In this document: positions 28,710 to 37,819 of the stretch, piece after piece
How positions within the stretch are numbered: the stretch's first letter is position 1
How the letters are laid out: the number at the start of each line of letters is the position of its first letter
Assembly (NCBI GenBank): GCA_963770895.1
Contig: CAVYRF010000002.1
Span: 1,344,001 to 1,408,000, forward strand
Source: an uncultured Acidobacteriota bacterium
Lineage (GTDB): Bacteria; Acidobacteriota; Thermoanaerobaculia; Multivoradales; UBA5704
DNA length: 64,000 nt
Direction of reading: 5' to 3'
Made by a program: the position numbers and the translations under genes
The notes under the pieces: generated by a model
What the model was told of the DNA's origin: nothing
What the model saw: only the letters and a program-made list of their open reading frames with translations
Database searches by the model: none

Positions 28710-31295
28710 ATGGCGGCAGACCCGACATACCCCGACCAGTACCCCGCCGGCGACCGCAACGGCGGTTCGCGGAGCTGCCTGGGGATGGCGGCGTGGGGCG
28801 TGGCGGGGCTCGTCGTGCTGGCGATCCTGCTGGCGGCGGCGGGCGGCTTCTGGCTGCGCTCGCGGCTGACGGCCAGCCTGCCGCGCACCACCGGCGAGGT
28901 GCGGGCGGCCGGCCTGGGCGCCGCCGTGCAGATCGACCGCGACGCGTCGGGGGTGCCGACGGTGGCGGCGGCAAGCCGGCTGGATGCCGCCCTGGCGCTG
29001 GGCTTCCTGCACGCGCAGGAGCGGTTCTTCCAGATGGACCTGCTGCGCCGGTTGGCCGCCGGCGAACTGGCCGAGCTGGTGGGGCCCGGCGCGCTGCCCA
29101 CCGACCGCGATCACCGCGTGCACCGCGGCCGCGCCCTGGCGGAGAGCTGCCTGCTGCGCGCCAGCCCCCAGGAGCGGGCGCTGGTCGCGGCCTACACGCG
29201 CGGCGTCAATGCCGGCCTGGCCGCGCTGGGCGGCCCGCCGCCCGAGTACCTGCTGCTGCGCACCGCTCCGGCCCCCTGGCGGGAGGCCGACTCGTATCTG
29301 GCGGTGCTCGCCATGTTCTTCAACTTGAACGATTCCCACGCCGCGACCGAGGCGATGCTGGGCGACCTGCAGGCCCGTCTGCCGCGCCCGCTGTACGAGT
29401 TCATCGAGCCGATCGGCACCGAATGGGACGCGCCGCTGGCCGGCGCCGCCTACACCACGCCGCCCATCCCCGGCCCCGACGTCCTGGATCTGCGCCAGGG
29501 ACCGGTGCCCCCGGCACCCAGGCGACCGCCGCGAGTGGCGGCCGCCACCGACGCGGCGCGGCCGCTGCTGGCAAACAGCCCACCGGCATCCGACGCCGCG
29601 CTCGCCACGCTCGCCACCCTCCCAGCCGGCGGCGGCATCCTGCCCGACCCGGCCGACCTGGATGCGGCGCAGCCGTTCGCCGCCGCCACCGGCAGCAACA
29701 ACTGGGCGGTGTCCGGCGCGCACACCGCCGACGGCGGCGCGCTGCTCGCCAACGACATGCACCTGGGCCTGTCGCTGCCCAACGTCTGGTACCGCGCCGT
29801 GCTGCGCTGGCGCGACGCCGGCGGTGCCCAGCGGCAGCTTGCCGGCGTCACCCTGCCGGGCACGCCGGGGGTGGCGGTCGGCAGCAACGGCCACGTCGCC
29901 TGGGGCTTCACCAACAGTTATGGCGACTGGACCGATCTCATCGACCTGGAGCTGGACCCCAAGGACCCCGACGTCTACATGACGCCCGCCGGGCCGCGCC
30001 ACTTCCTCCACCAGCACGAGCGCATCGCGGTGAAGGGCCGTCCCGACCAGGACCTGGACGTGCTCGCAACGATCTGGGGACCGGTGATCGAACGCACCGT
30101 CGGCCACCGGCGCGCGCTGGCGTGGACGGCGCACCACCCCGAAGCGCTCAATCTCTCCCTGGCGGCCCTGGAAGATGCGACCACCGTCGCGCAGGCGATC
30201 GAGGCGGCGCACGGCGCCGGCATCCCGCCGCAGAACTTCACCGTCGTCGACGACCACGGCCACATCGGCTGGACCATCATCGGCAAGATCCCGCGCCGGG
30301 TGGGTTTCGACGGCCGCACCCCGACCTCGTGGGCGGACGGGCGCCGCTCGTGGAACGGCTGGGTCTCCTCGGCCGAGGTGCCGCAGGTGGTGGACCCGCC
30401 CTCGGGCCGCATCTGGACCGCCAACGCGCGCACCATGGACGGCCAGCCGCTGGCGCTGCTGGGCAACAGCGGCTACGACCTGGGCGCCCGCGCCCAGCAG
30501 ATCCGCGACGACCTGCTGCGGCTGGAGGGCGCCACCCCGCGCGACCTGCTGGCGATCCAGCTCGACGACCGCGCCGTGCTGATGGCGCGCTGGCACACCC
30601 TGCTGCTTGCCGTGCTGACTCCCCAGGCGGTCCAGGCCGATCCGCGCCGCGCCACGCTGCGACGCGTCGTCCTCGGCGACTGGGACGGCAGAGCCAGCAT
30701 TGCGTCGGTCGGCTATCGCGCAGTGCGCGCCTTCCGCGGCCAGGTCGCGCTGCACACCTTCGCCAGCCTGACCGGTCTGGGCTCGGGCGAACGGGGAGCT
30801 CAGGCCCTGCGGCTCAGCAAGCAGTTCGAGGGCCCGCTGTGGCGGCTGGTCACCGAACGACCGCCGCACCTTCTGGCGCGACGCTACGCCACCTGGGATG
30901 CGGCGCTGCTGGCCGCCGCTGACGCCACGATCGCCCAGGCGGGAGCCAAGGGCCTGGACGGCCATCCCTGGGGCGAGCGCAACGCCCTGGCCGTGCGCCA
31001 CCCGCTGTCGCGCGTCCTGCCGTTCCTGTCGGGAGTGCTCGACGTGCCGGCCCACTGGATGCCCGGCGACACCGACATGCCGCGCGTGCAGGGCCCCAGC
31101 TTCGGCGCCTCCGAACGCCTGGTGGTGTCGCCGGGGCGTGAGGCCCAGGGCCTGTTCGAGATGCCGGGCGGTGAGAGCGGCCACTTCCTGTCGCCGCACT
31201 ACCGCGACGGCGAAGCCGCCTGGGAGCGCGGCCTGCCGACGCCGCTGCTGCCCGGCTCGACCGTCGCCACCCTGCGCCTGGTGCCGGCCGGCTAG
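28710..31295 (+). CDS. Penicillin acylase family (Ntn hydrolase)
   Basis: HAQERFFQMDLLRR, GSNNWAV autoproteolytic serine, ANDMHL, PGGESG. Confidence 0.93.
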   Translation: MAADPTYPDQYPAGDRNGGSRSCLGMAAWGVAGLVVLAILLAAAGGFWLRSRLTASLPRTTGEVRAAGLGAAVQIDRDASGVPTVAAASRLDAALALGFLHAQERFFQMDLLRRLAAGELAELVGPGALPTDRDHRVHRGRALAESCLLRASPQERALVAAYTRGVNAGLAALGGPPPEYLLLRTAPAPWREADSYLAVLAMFFNLNDSHAATEAMLGDLQARLPRPLYEFIEPIGTEWDAPLAGAAYTTPPIPGPDVLDLRQGPVPPAPRRPPRVAAATDAARPLLANSPPASDAALATLATLPAGGGILPDPADLDAAQPFAAATGSNNWAVSGAHTADGGALLANDMHLGLSLPNVWYRAVLRWRDAGGAQRQLAGVTLPGTPGVAVGSNGHVAWGFTNSYGDWTDLIDLELDPKDPDVYMTPAGPRHFLHQHERIAVKGRPDQDLDVLATIWGPVIERTVGHRRALAWTAHHPEALNLSLAALEDATTVAQAIEAAHGAGIPPQNFTVVDDHGHIGWTIIGKIPRRVGFDGRTPTSWADGRRSWNGWVSSAEVPQVVDPPSGRIWTANARTMDGQPLALLGNSGYDLGARAQQIRDDLLRLEGATPRDLLAIQLDDRAVLMARWHTLLLAVLTPQAVQADPRRATLRRVVLGDWDGRASIASVGYRAVRAFRGQVALHTFASLTGLGSGERGAQALRLSKQFEGPLWRLVTERPPHLLARRYATWDAALLAAADATIAQAGAKGLDGHPWGERNALAVRHPLSRVLPFLSGVLDVPAHWMPGDTDMPRVQGPSFGASERLVVSPGREAQGLFEMPGGESGHFLSPHYRDGEAAWERGLPTPLLPGSTVATLRLVPAG

Positions 31296-31322
31296 CGGCG
31301 GGCCGGCCGGGGATCTGCGGCC

Positions 31323-31727
31323 TTACGCCAGCGGCTTTTCGGCCATCAGCGCCAGCAGGTTGTCTTCGCTGTCGTAGAAGTCGGCCAGCCACAGCTCGTG
31401 GTCGGGCATGCGGGCGACCAGGTGGGGGGCCTGCTCGAAGCGGACGCCGCGCGCCGCGAGGGCGGCATGGGCGGCGTCGATGTCGGCGACGCGGTAGTAC
31501 AGGATGGACGCCTTGTGGTCGAGGTCGGGGCGTTCCGCCCTGGCGAGCATCAGGCGCAGGCCGCCGCAGTCGAAGAAGCTCAGCGCCGGGCCGGCGGCGA
31601 ACAGAAAGCGCATGCCGAGCGTGTCGCGATAAAACGCCGTGGCCCGCGCCACGTCCTGCACGTTGACGGCGACCTGGCCGATCTGCGAGAGCCCGGCGAA
31701 CGCGGCGCCGTCGGTCGTTTCGGTCAT
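31323..31727 (-). CDS. VOC/glyoxalase family protein
   Basis: IGQVAVNVQDVARATAFYRDTLG...FYDSEDNLLALM. Confidence 0.9.
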   Translation of the reverse strand: MTETTDGAAFAGLSQIGQVAVNVQDVARATAFYRDTLGMRFLFAAGPALSFFDCGGLRLMLARAERPDLDHKASILYYRVADIDAAHAALAARGVRFEQAPHLVARMPDHELWLADFYDSEDNLLALMAEKPLA

Positions 31728-31742
31728 CGTGGTTGGAACCGC

Positions 31743-32126
31743 TCAGTTGACGGCGTGCGGTGCGGCCAGGCCGAAGGGCGCGATGGCGGCGTCGAAGGCG
31801 CCGCCGTCCTTGTAGACCATGCGGTAGGAGCCGTGCATGGAGCCCACCGCCGTCGGCAGCGGGCAGAAGCTGGTGTATTCGAAGCTTTCACCGCGGGCGA
31901 GCACCGGCTGTTCCCCCACCACGCCGGGCCCTTCCACCCGTTGCACTTCGCCGTTGGCGTCGGTGATGATCCATTCGCGGCTCATCAGCTGCACCGTGCG
32001 GCTGTCCAGGTTGGAGATGCGGACGTGGTAGGCGAAGAAGTAGTAGTTTTCCTGCGGCGAGCTGCGCTCCGCGTCGTAGACGCTTTCCACTTCGACACGG
32101 ATACCTCGGGTTTCGGTTGCGCTCAT
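31743..32126 (-). CDS. apaG: ApaG protein
   Basis: WIITD, VEGPGVVGEQP, FEYTSFCPL...GSMHGSY. Confidence 0.96.
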   Translation of the reverse strand: MSATETRGIRVEVESVYDAERSSPQENYYFFAYHVRISNLDSRTVQLMSREWIITDANGEVQRVEGPGVVGEQPVLARGESFEYTSFCPLPTAVGSMHGSYRMVYKDGGAFDAAIAPFGLAAPHAVN

Positions 32127-32180
32127 CGCCCGGATTATAGACCGCGGCCGGTTACCATGTCGTCGGCAGCGCCGGCCGGG

Positions 32181-32204
32181 AACCTGCAGCCCCGCCCCGG
32201 CGTT
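32181..32204 (+). promoter_or_regulatory. Putative ECF-sigma promoter AAC-N17-CGTT
   Basis: AACCTGCAGCCCCGCCCCGGCGTT about 110 nt upstream of the ATG at 32316. Confidence 0.4.
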
Positions 32205-32315
32205 GCAACCAGGTAGATCGATTCCAGCCAGCGGACCTGCACTACTCTTGCGATGCGTCCCGGATCACCTGGTCTTCACGCCAGGACCCGGCAGCTGACT
32301 TTCTCGGAGGGAACC

Positions 32316-35300
32316 ATGCGCCGACCCCTGTTGCCGCCCACCTGCCCGGCCGCCCGCCTCACCTCCAGCCTGACCCTCGTGCTGACCGCCTGCCTGGCCG
32401 CGTGCCTGTGCGCCGGCCTTGCCGCGCCGCCCGCCGCCGCGTCGAGCTCCCCGGCCGCCCCGGCAGGCGCCGCCGCACCGGGAACCATCGATCCCAGCCT
32501 GCTCGCCGGCATGCGGGCGCGCTCGATCGGCCCGGCCGCCATGAGCGGGCGCATCGTCGACATCAAGGGGGTGGAAACGGACCCGCTGACGGTCTACGTC
32601 GGCGCCGCCACCAGCGGCATCTGGAAGACGGCCAACGGCGGCCTCACCTGGGCGCCGATCTTTGACGACCAGCCGGTGCATTCGATCGGCGCCATCGCCA
32701 TCTTCCCGGCCAACCCCAATGTCGTCTGGGTGGGGACCGGCGAGGGCAACACCCGCAACAGCGCTTCGGTGGGCAACGGCGTCTACCGCTCGCTCGACGC
32801 CGGCCGCACCTGGCAGCACGTCGGCCTGGACAAGACCGAACACATCCGCCGCATCGTGCTCCACCCCACCGACCCCGACGTGGCGTACGTCGCCGCCGAA
32901 GGCCGGGAGTGGGGAGAAAACCCCGAGCGCGGCATCTTCAAGACCACCGACGGCGGCCGGTCCTGGAAGCGCATCCTGTACGTGGACGAGCGCACCGGCG
33001 GCGCCGAGCTGGCGATGGACCCGGGCAATCCCAACAAGATCTTCGCCGGCATGTGGCAGTTCCGCCGCTGGCCCTGGGGCTTCCGCTCGGGCGGTCCGGG
33101 CTCGGGGCTGTACGTCACCCTGGACGGTGGCGACACCTGGAAGAAGCTCACCGCCGACGATGGCCTGCCCAAGGGCCTGCTGGGTCGCATCGGGGTCGCC
33201 TTCGCGCGCTCCCAGCCGAGCGTCGTCTACGCGCTGGTCGAGGCGGAAGGCAAGAACGCGGTGCTGCGCTCCGACGACGGCGGCGCCAGCTGGCAGACCA
33301 CCAACACCGACGCCGACACCACCGAGCGGCCCTTTTACTACGCCGAGATCCGCGTCGATCCGCAGCGGCCCAACCGGCTGTACGACCTCACGTCGCGCCT
33401 GCGGGTGTCGGAGGACGGCGGCAGGACCTTCCACCTGCTCGGCCAGTCGCGCGAGATCCACGGCGACTACCACGCCCTGTGGATCGATCCCAACGATTCG
33501 CGCTTCATGGTCGTGGGCGAAGACGGCGGCGTCGGCATCAGCCGCGACCGCGGCGAAAACTGGCAGTTCGCCGCCAACCTGCCGTTCGGCCAGTTCTACC
33601 ACGTCGCCGTCGACAACGAGGTCCCCTACAACGTCTACGGCGGCCTGCAGGACAACGGCGCCTGGCGCGGCCCCAGCTCGGTGTGGGAAAACGCCGGCGT
33701 GCGCAACGCCCATTGGGTGATCGTCGGCGGCGGCGACGGCTTTGTCACCCTGCCCGACCCGCACGACGCGCACCAGGGCTACTCGGAGGCGCAGGGCGGC
33801 GACCTGCAGCGCTTCGACCTGCGCACCGGCGAGCGCAAGACGCTGCGGCCGCCCGAGCTGTCGACCGATCCCGCCAAACGCCTGCGCTTCAACTGGAACA
33901 CCGGCCTGGCCGAGGACCCCTTCGACCCCGCGACGATCTACTACGGCAGCCAATACCTGCTCAAGTCCACCGACCGCGGCGACACCTGGACGGTGGCCAG
34001 CCCCGACCTGACCACCAACAATCCCGACTGGCAGCACCAGGACCAGAGCGGCGGCCTGACCCTGGACGCTTCGGGCGCCGAGAACTACTGCACCATCATC
34101 GCCATCGCGCCCAGCGCCGTCGAGCGCGGCGTCCTCTGGGTGGGCACCGACGACGGCCGGGTGCAGGTGACGCGCGACGGCGGCAAGTCCTGGACCAGCG
34201 TCGAAGCCAACATCCCCGGCGTCCCGGCGCACACCTGGGTGCCGCAAATCCGCGCCTCGCACCACGCCGGCGGCAGCGCCTTCGTGGTCTTCGACGACCA
34301 CCGCCGCTCCAATTGGACGCCGTACGTCTATCGCACGGACGACTACGGCAAGACCTGGAAGAGCCTGGCGACGCCGAACCTGTGGGGCTACGCGCTGGCG
34401 ATCGAGCAGGACCCGGTGGACCGCGACCTGCTGTTCCTGGGCACCGAGTTCGCGCTCTACGTATCGCTCGACGGCGGCGCCCACTGGCTGCCGTGGAAGC
34501 ACGGCCTGCCGACCACCTCGGTGATGGACCTGGTGATCCAGCCGCGCGACGCCGACCTGGTCCTGGGCACCCACGGCCGCTCGATCTACATCCTGGACGA
34601 CATCACGCCGCTGCGCCAGCTGACCGCGGCCACCCTGAGCGAGCCGCTTCACCTGTACGTGGGGATGCCGGCGCTGGAGCACCCGATGGTCTGGGGCATC
34701 GGCGCCTACGAGCCCGGCGGCGGCGAGTTCCACGGCGAAAACCGTCCCTACGGCGCCATCCTCACCTACTCGCTCAACCTGCCCGACCTGCCGCTGGCCG
34801 ACCAGCACGCCGAGCGGGAGCGCCGCGAACGCCAGCGCGCCGAGCGGTTGGCGCACCCGCCCCCCGCGACGCCGGCGACAGCCGCGACCGCGACGGGCGC
34901 GAGCAAGCCGGCCGGCGACGAGGCGGCGTCCCCCGAAGTGGAGGCCGCCGCCGCCGCCGCGCCTGAAGAGGAAGAGCCCGAAAACGATCTGCCGTCGGCC
35001 TTTGGCGGCAGCACCAGCAACGGTCCGCGGCCGCTGCCCGGCGAGCCGCAGGTCGAGATCCGCATCAGCAACCACGCCGGCAAGGTGGTGCGGACGTTCA
35101 AGGGGACGGCGCACCTGGGCGTCAACCGCGCCGTCTGGGACCTGACCCGCGACCCGTTCGACCAGCCGCACGGCACCGGCCGCGGCTTCTTCCGCCACGC
35201 CGGCGGCCCGCAGGTGCCGCCCGGCACCTATGACGTGGCGATCACCTTCAAGGGGCACACGGCGCACGGCACCGTGCGCGTCGACGCCGATCCGGACACC

Positions 35301-35879
35301 CACAACACCGCCGCCGACTGGCAGGCGCGGGAAGCCCTGATCGCACGCGCCGGCGCCCTGCAGAACGCGCTGGTCGAAGGCATCGCCCGCATCGCCGCGG
35401 CCAAAAGCGACGTCCAGGTGGTGATCGGCAAGCTCCGCCGCGCCGAGGAGCGCCGCCGGGAAAGCCACCGCGAAGCCGAGCAGGCACAGCACCACGCGCC
35501 CGGCGAGCCGGAGGCGCCGCCGGCACAGTCGCCCGAAGGGCAGCTGCTGCGCGCGGCCCGCGATCTGGAACGCAAGCTGGACGCCGCCGAGCGGCGGCTG
35601 CACGTGCCGTCGGGCAACAAGGGGATCGTCGACGACCGCACGCCGCTCACCCAGGTCGAAGGGACGATCGAAGCGCTCGACGGTTCGTGGGACCCGCCCG
35701 ACGCCAGCGAGCGCACCCGCCTGCAGCAGGCGGACGCCGTGGCGACCGCGGCCCTGGCCGAGCTCAACCGCTTCCTGGCCGCCGACGTGGCGGCGTTCAG
35801 CCGCCAGGCGGCCACCGCCCACATCGATCTGCTGCCGGAGGAAAAGCCGCTGGAGGTGGCACCGCCGCCAGCCGGCTGA
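32316..35879 (+). CDS. Secreted BNR/Asp-box (VPS10/sortilin-like) beta-propeller protein
   Basis: Many S-x-D-x-G-x-T-W boxes, GGLQDNG, GTHGRSIYILDD; GGAGG RBS. Confidence 0.92.
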   Translation: MRRPLLPPTCPAARLTSSLTLVLTACLAACLCAGLAAPPAAASSSPAAPAGAAAPGTIDPSLLAGMRARSIGPAAMSGRIVDIKGVETDPLTVYVGAATSGIWKTANGGLTWAPIFDDQPVHSIGAIAIFPANPNVVWVGTGEGNTRNSASVGNGVYRSLDAGRTWQHVGLDKTEHIRRIVLHPTDPDVAYVAAEGREWGENPERGIFKTTDGGRSWKRILYVDERTGGAELAMDPGNPNKIFAGMWQFRRWPWGFRSGGPGSGLYVTLDGGDTWKKLTADDGLPKGLLGRIGVAFARSQPSVVYALVEAEGKNAVLRSDDGGASWQTTNTDADTTERPFYYAEIRVDPQRPNRLYDLTSRLRVSEDGGRTFHLLGQSREIHGDYHALWIDPNDSRFMVVGEDGGVGISRDRGENWQFAANLPFGQFYHVAVDNEVPYNVYGGLQDNGAWRGPSSVWENAGVRNAHWVIVGGGDGFVTLPDPHDAHQGYSEAQGGDLQRFDLRTGERKTLRPPELSTDPAKRLRFNWNTGLAEDPFDPATIYYGSQYLLKSTDRGDTWTVASPDLTTNNPDWQHQDQSGGLTLDASGAENYCTIIAIAPSAVERGVLWVGTDDGRVQVTRDGGKSWTSVEANIPGVPAHTWVPQIRASHHAGGSAFVVFDDHRRSNWTPYVYRTDDYGKTWKSLATPNLWGYALAIEQDPVDRDLLFLGTEFALYVSLDGGAHWLPWKHGLPTTSVMDLVIQPRDADLVLGTHGRSIYILDDITPLRQLTAATLSEPLHLYVGMPALEHPMVWGIGAYEPGGGEFHGENRPYGAILTYSLNLPDLPLADQHAERERRERQRAERLAHPPPATPATAATATGASKPAGDEAASPEVEAAAAAAPEEEEPENDLPSAFGGSTSNGPRPLPGEPQVEIRISNHAGKVVRTFKGTAHLGVNRAVWDLTRDPFDQPHGTGRGFFRHAGGPQVPPGTYDVAITFKGHTAHGTVRVDADPDTHNTAADWQAREALIARAGALQNALVEGIARIAAAKSDVQVVIGKLRRAEERRRESHREAEQAQHHAPGEPEAPPAQSPEGQLLRAARDLERKLDAAERRLHVPSGNKGIVDDRTPLTQVEGTIEALDGSWDPPDASERTRLQQADAVATAALAELNRFLAADVAAFSRQAATAHIDLLPEEKPLEVAPPPAG

Positions 35880-35888
35880 AAACCGGCT

Positions 35889-36899
35889 TTACAGCTGCAC
35901 GCAGATCTTGCCGAAGTGCGCGCCCGCCGCCATGTGATCGAAGGCGGCGCGCGCTTCGGCGAGCGGGAAGGTGCGATCGATCACCGGCCGCAGGCGGTGC
36001 AGCGCCACCGCCCGGTTGAGCGCTTCGAAGCTGGCGCGCGAGCCGACCAGGATGCCGTCGACGCGCACCCGGCGCATCTGAATGGCGGGCAGCGAGATGT
36101 CGGTGGAGTTGCCGGCCAGCACGCCGATCAGGTAGATCCGCCCGCCCGCTCTGACCGCCTGCAGCGACTGCGCGAGCGTGCCGGCGCCGCCCACCTCCAG
36201 CACGTGGTCGACGCCTTCGCCGCCGGTCAGCTCCTTGACCCGCGCCCCCCATTCGGGCACCTGGCGATAGTTGACCACGTGGGCGGCGCCCAGCTGGCGC
36301 GCGCGTTCCAGCTTGTCATCGCTGCTCGAGGTGACGATGACGCGCGCGCCGGCCAGCACGGCCAGCTGCAGGGCGAAGATGGACACGCCGCCGGTGCCGA
36401 GCACCAGTACGGTGTCGCCGGCCTTGAGGCCGCCGCCTTCGATCAGGGCGCTCCAGGCGGTGACCGCGGCACAGGGGAGCGTCGCCGCCTCTTCGTCGCT
36501 CAGATGGTCGGGCACCTTGACCAGCCCGTCGGCCGACAGCACCACGCTTTCGGCCAGCATGCCGTCGAGCGGGCCGCCCAAGGTCGTGCGCACCAGGTCG
36601 CGCCCCGGCTCGCCCGCCAGCCAACCCTGGGCGAAGATGGCGCACACGCGGTCGCCGGCGCGCACCCGCGTCACGCCGTCGCCCACCGCCACCACTTCGC
36701 CGGCGCCGTCGGAGCAGGGGATCAGCGGCAGCTTCTGCTTGCGGTTGTAGCTGCCCTGCACCATGAGCAGATCGCGGTAGTTGAGGGAAGCCGCGCGCAC
36801 CCGCACCAGCGCCTGGCCGGGTCCGGGGTACGGTTCGGGGCGCTCCACGAGCGCCAGGTGATCCAGGCCGAAGGTGTCGCCGATCTGCACCGCGCGCAC
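35889..36899 (-). CDS. NAD(P)-dependent MDR-family oxidoreductase (alcohol dehydrogenase/quinone reductase-like)
   Basis: AASLNYRD, PCSDGAG, GTGGVS, HFGKICV; GTG start inferred. Confidence 0.92.
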   Translation of the reverse strand: MRAVQIGDTFGLDHLALVERPEPYPGPGQALVRVRAASLNYRDLLMVQGSYNRKQKLPLIPCSDGAGEVVAVGDGVTRVRAGDRVCAIFAQGWLAGEPGRDLVRTTLGGPLDGMLAESVVLSADGLVKVPDHLSDEEAATLPCAAVTAWSALIEGGGLKAGDTVLVLGTGGVSIFALQLAVLAGARVIVTSSSDDKLERARQLGAAHVVNYRQVPEWGARVKELTGGEGVDHVLEVGGAGTLAQSLQAVRAGGRIYLIGVLAGNSTDISLPAIQMRRVRVDGILVGSRASFEALNRAVALHRLRPVIDRTFPLAEARAAFDHMAAGAHFGKICVQL

Positions 36900-36901
36900 G
36901 G

Positions 36902-37333
36902 TCAGCGCTCCTGGTCCAGGGCGTGGCGCAGCTTGCCCAGCAACGCTTCGGCGTCCGCCGGCGCCAGCTTGCCGGCAGGCCACAGGATGCCCAGGCCGGC
37001 GCCGTGCAGGCGCGGGATGATGTGGAAATGCACGTGCATCACCACCTGGTGCGCGGCGGAGCCGTTGTTCTGCAGCACGTTGTAATCGGTCGCGCCGGTC
37101 GCCGCCATCACCGCCCGGCAGAGGCGCGGCAGCACCCGTCCCACGGCCGCCGCGGCGGCGTCGGACAGTTGGTGCAGGTGGGCCTTGCGCTCCTTGGGGA
37201 TCACCAGCGTGTGCCCCGGCGACAGCGGCCCGATGTCCAGGAACGCCAGCACGTGGTCGTCCTCGTAGACGCGGTGGCAAGGAATCTTGCCGGCGAGGAT
37301 CTGGTCGAAGACAGTGGTCTGCGGTTCGCTCAT
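36902..37333 (-). CDS. HIT family nucleotide hydrolase
   Basis: HVHFH triad, GHTLVIPK. Confidence 0.95.
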   Translation of the reverse strand: MSEPQTTVFDQILAGKIPCHRVYEDDHVLAFLDIGPLSPGHTLVIPKERKAHLHQLSDAAAAAVGRVLPRLCRAVMAATGATDYNVLQNNGSAAHQVVMHVHFHIIPRLHGAGLGILWPAGKLAPADAEALLGKLRHALDQER

Positions 37334-37398
37334 GCCGCTATCTTAGCCCGCATCCCGCATCCGCCGGCCGCTTGCGGCGCGCCGTGGCGCCGCACCTC

Positions 37399-37426
37399 TT
37401 GACAGCGGCGATAAGTCCGATACGCT
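37399..37426 (+). promoter_or_regulatory. Sigma70-type promoter TTGACA-N16-TACGCT
   Basis: Consensus -35 box and TAnnnT -10 box upstream of the kamA operon. Confidence 0.6.
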
Positions 37427-37433
37427 TAAGTCT

Positions 37434-37667
37434 GTGGAAACCAGCACGGCGACCGATCAGCCTCCCAGTAGCATGCGCATCGTCGCCTTCGGGGACGTTT
37501 GGCGACCTCTGTCAGGGCGCCGCCAAAAACCTGGCCACCGTGCTCCGTCGCCCCACCTGCCTCAACCCTTCCACCCGTCCCTCCCTTCCGCCGCTCCCGC
37601 AGCTCAAGGCTCCGCATCCGCCGGCCCCGCGATCGTTCGCGCCGGCGCTGTAAAAGCCACCCACTGA
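37434..37667 (+). CDS. Putative leaderless upstream ORF (leader peptide) of the kamA operon
   Basis: GTG lies 7 nt after the -10 box; 77 codons; stops ~150 nt before kamA. Confidence 0.4.
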   Translation: METSTATDQPPSSMRIVAFGDVWRPLSGRRQKPGHRAPSPHLPQPFHPSLPSAAPAAQGSASAGPAIVRAGAVKATH

Positions 37668-37819
37668 CCGCCATGCGCTCGGAGCCCCCCGGGGCAGCGC
37701 CGCTTCCGGCCGTTGATCGCAGCGGGTCGAGAACCCGCATCCAGCGACCCCAGCGCGGCGCCGCCGCACCCATTCGCTCGACCCCTGCATCCTCGCCGCG
37801 AGGACCAAGGAGATCCACA

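Noticed and set aside
26501-30922. 1473-aa + strand ORF
   Set aside because: Arg/Pro/Gly/Ala-rich shadow frame overlapping the well-supported UbiD and penicillin acylase genes; typical high-GC artefact.
32265-35822. 1185-aa minus-strand ORF and similar long antisense ORFs (e.g. 45525-48626, 8663-10552)
   Set aside because: Antisense mirrors of real genes caused by GC3 bias; no recognisable motifs.
37499-37819. In-frame N-terminal extension of KamA containing an RAPP arrest-like motif
   Set aside because: TTG start without an RBS, whereas ATG 37820 has AAGGAG; RAPP arises easily by chance in GC-rich DNA. Worth revisiting only if it is conserved in this frame.
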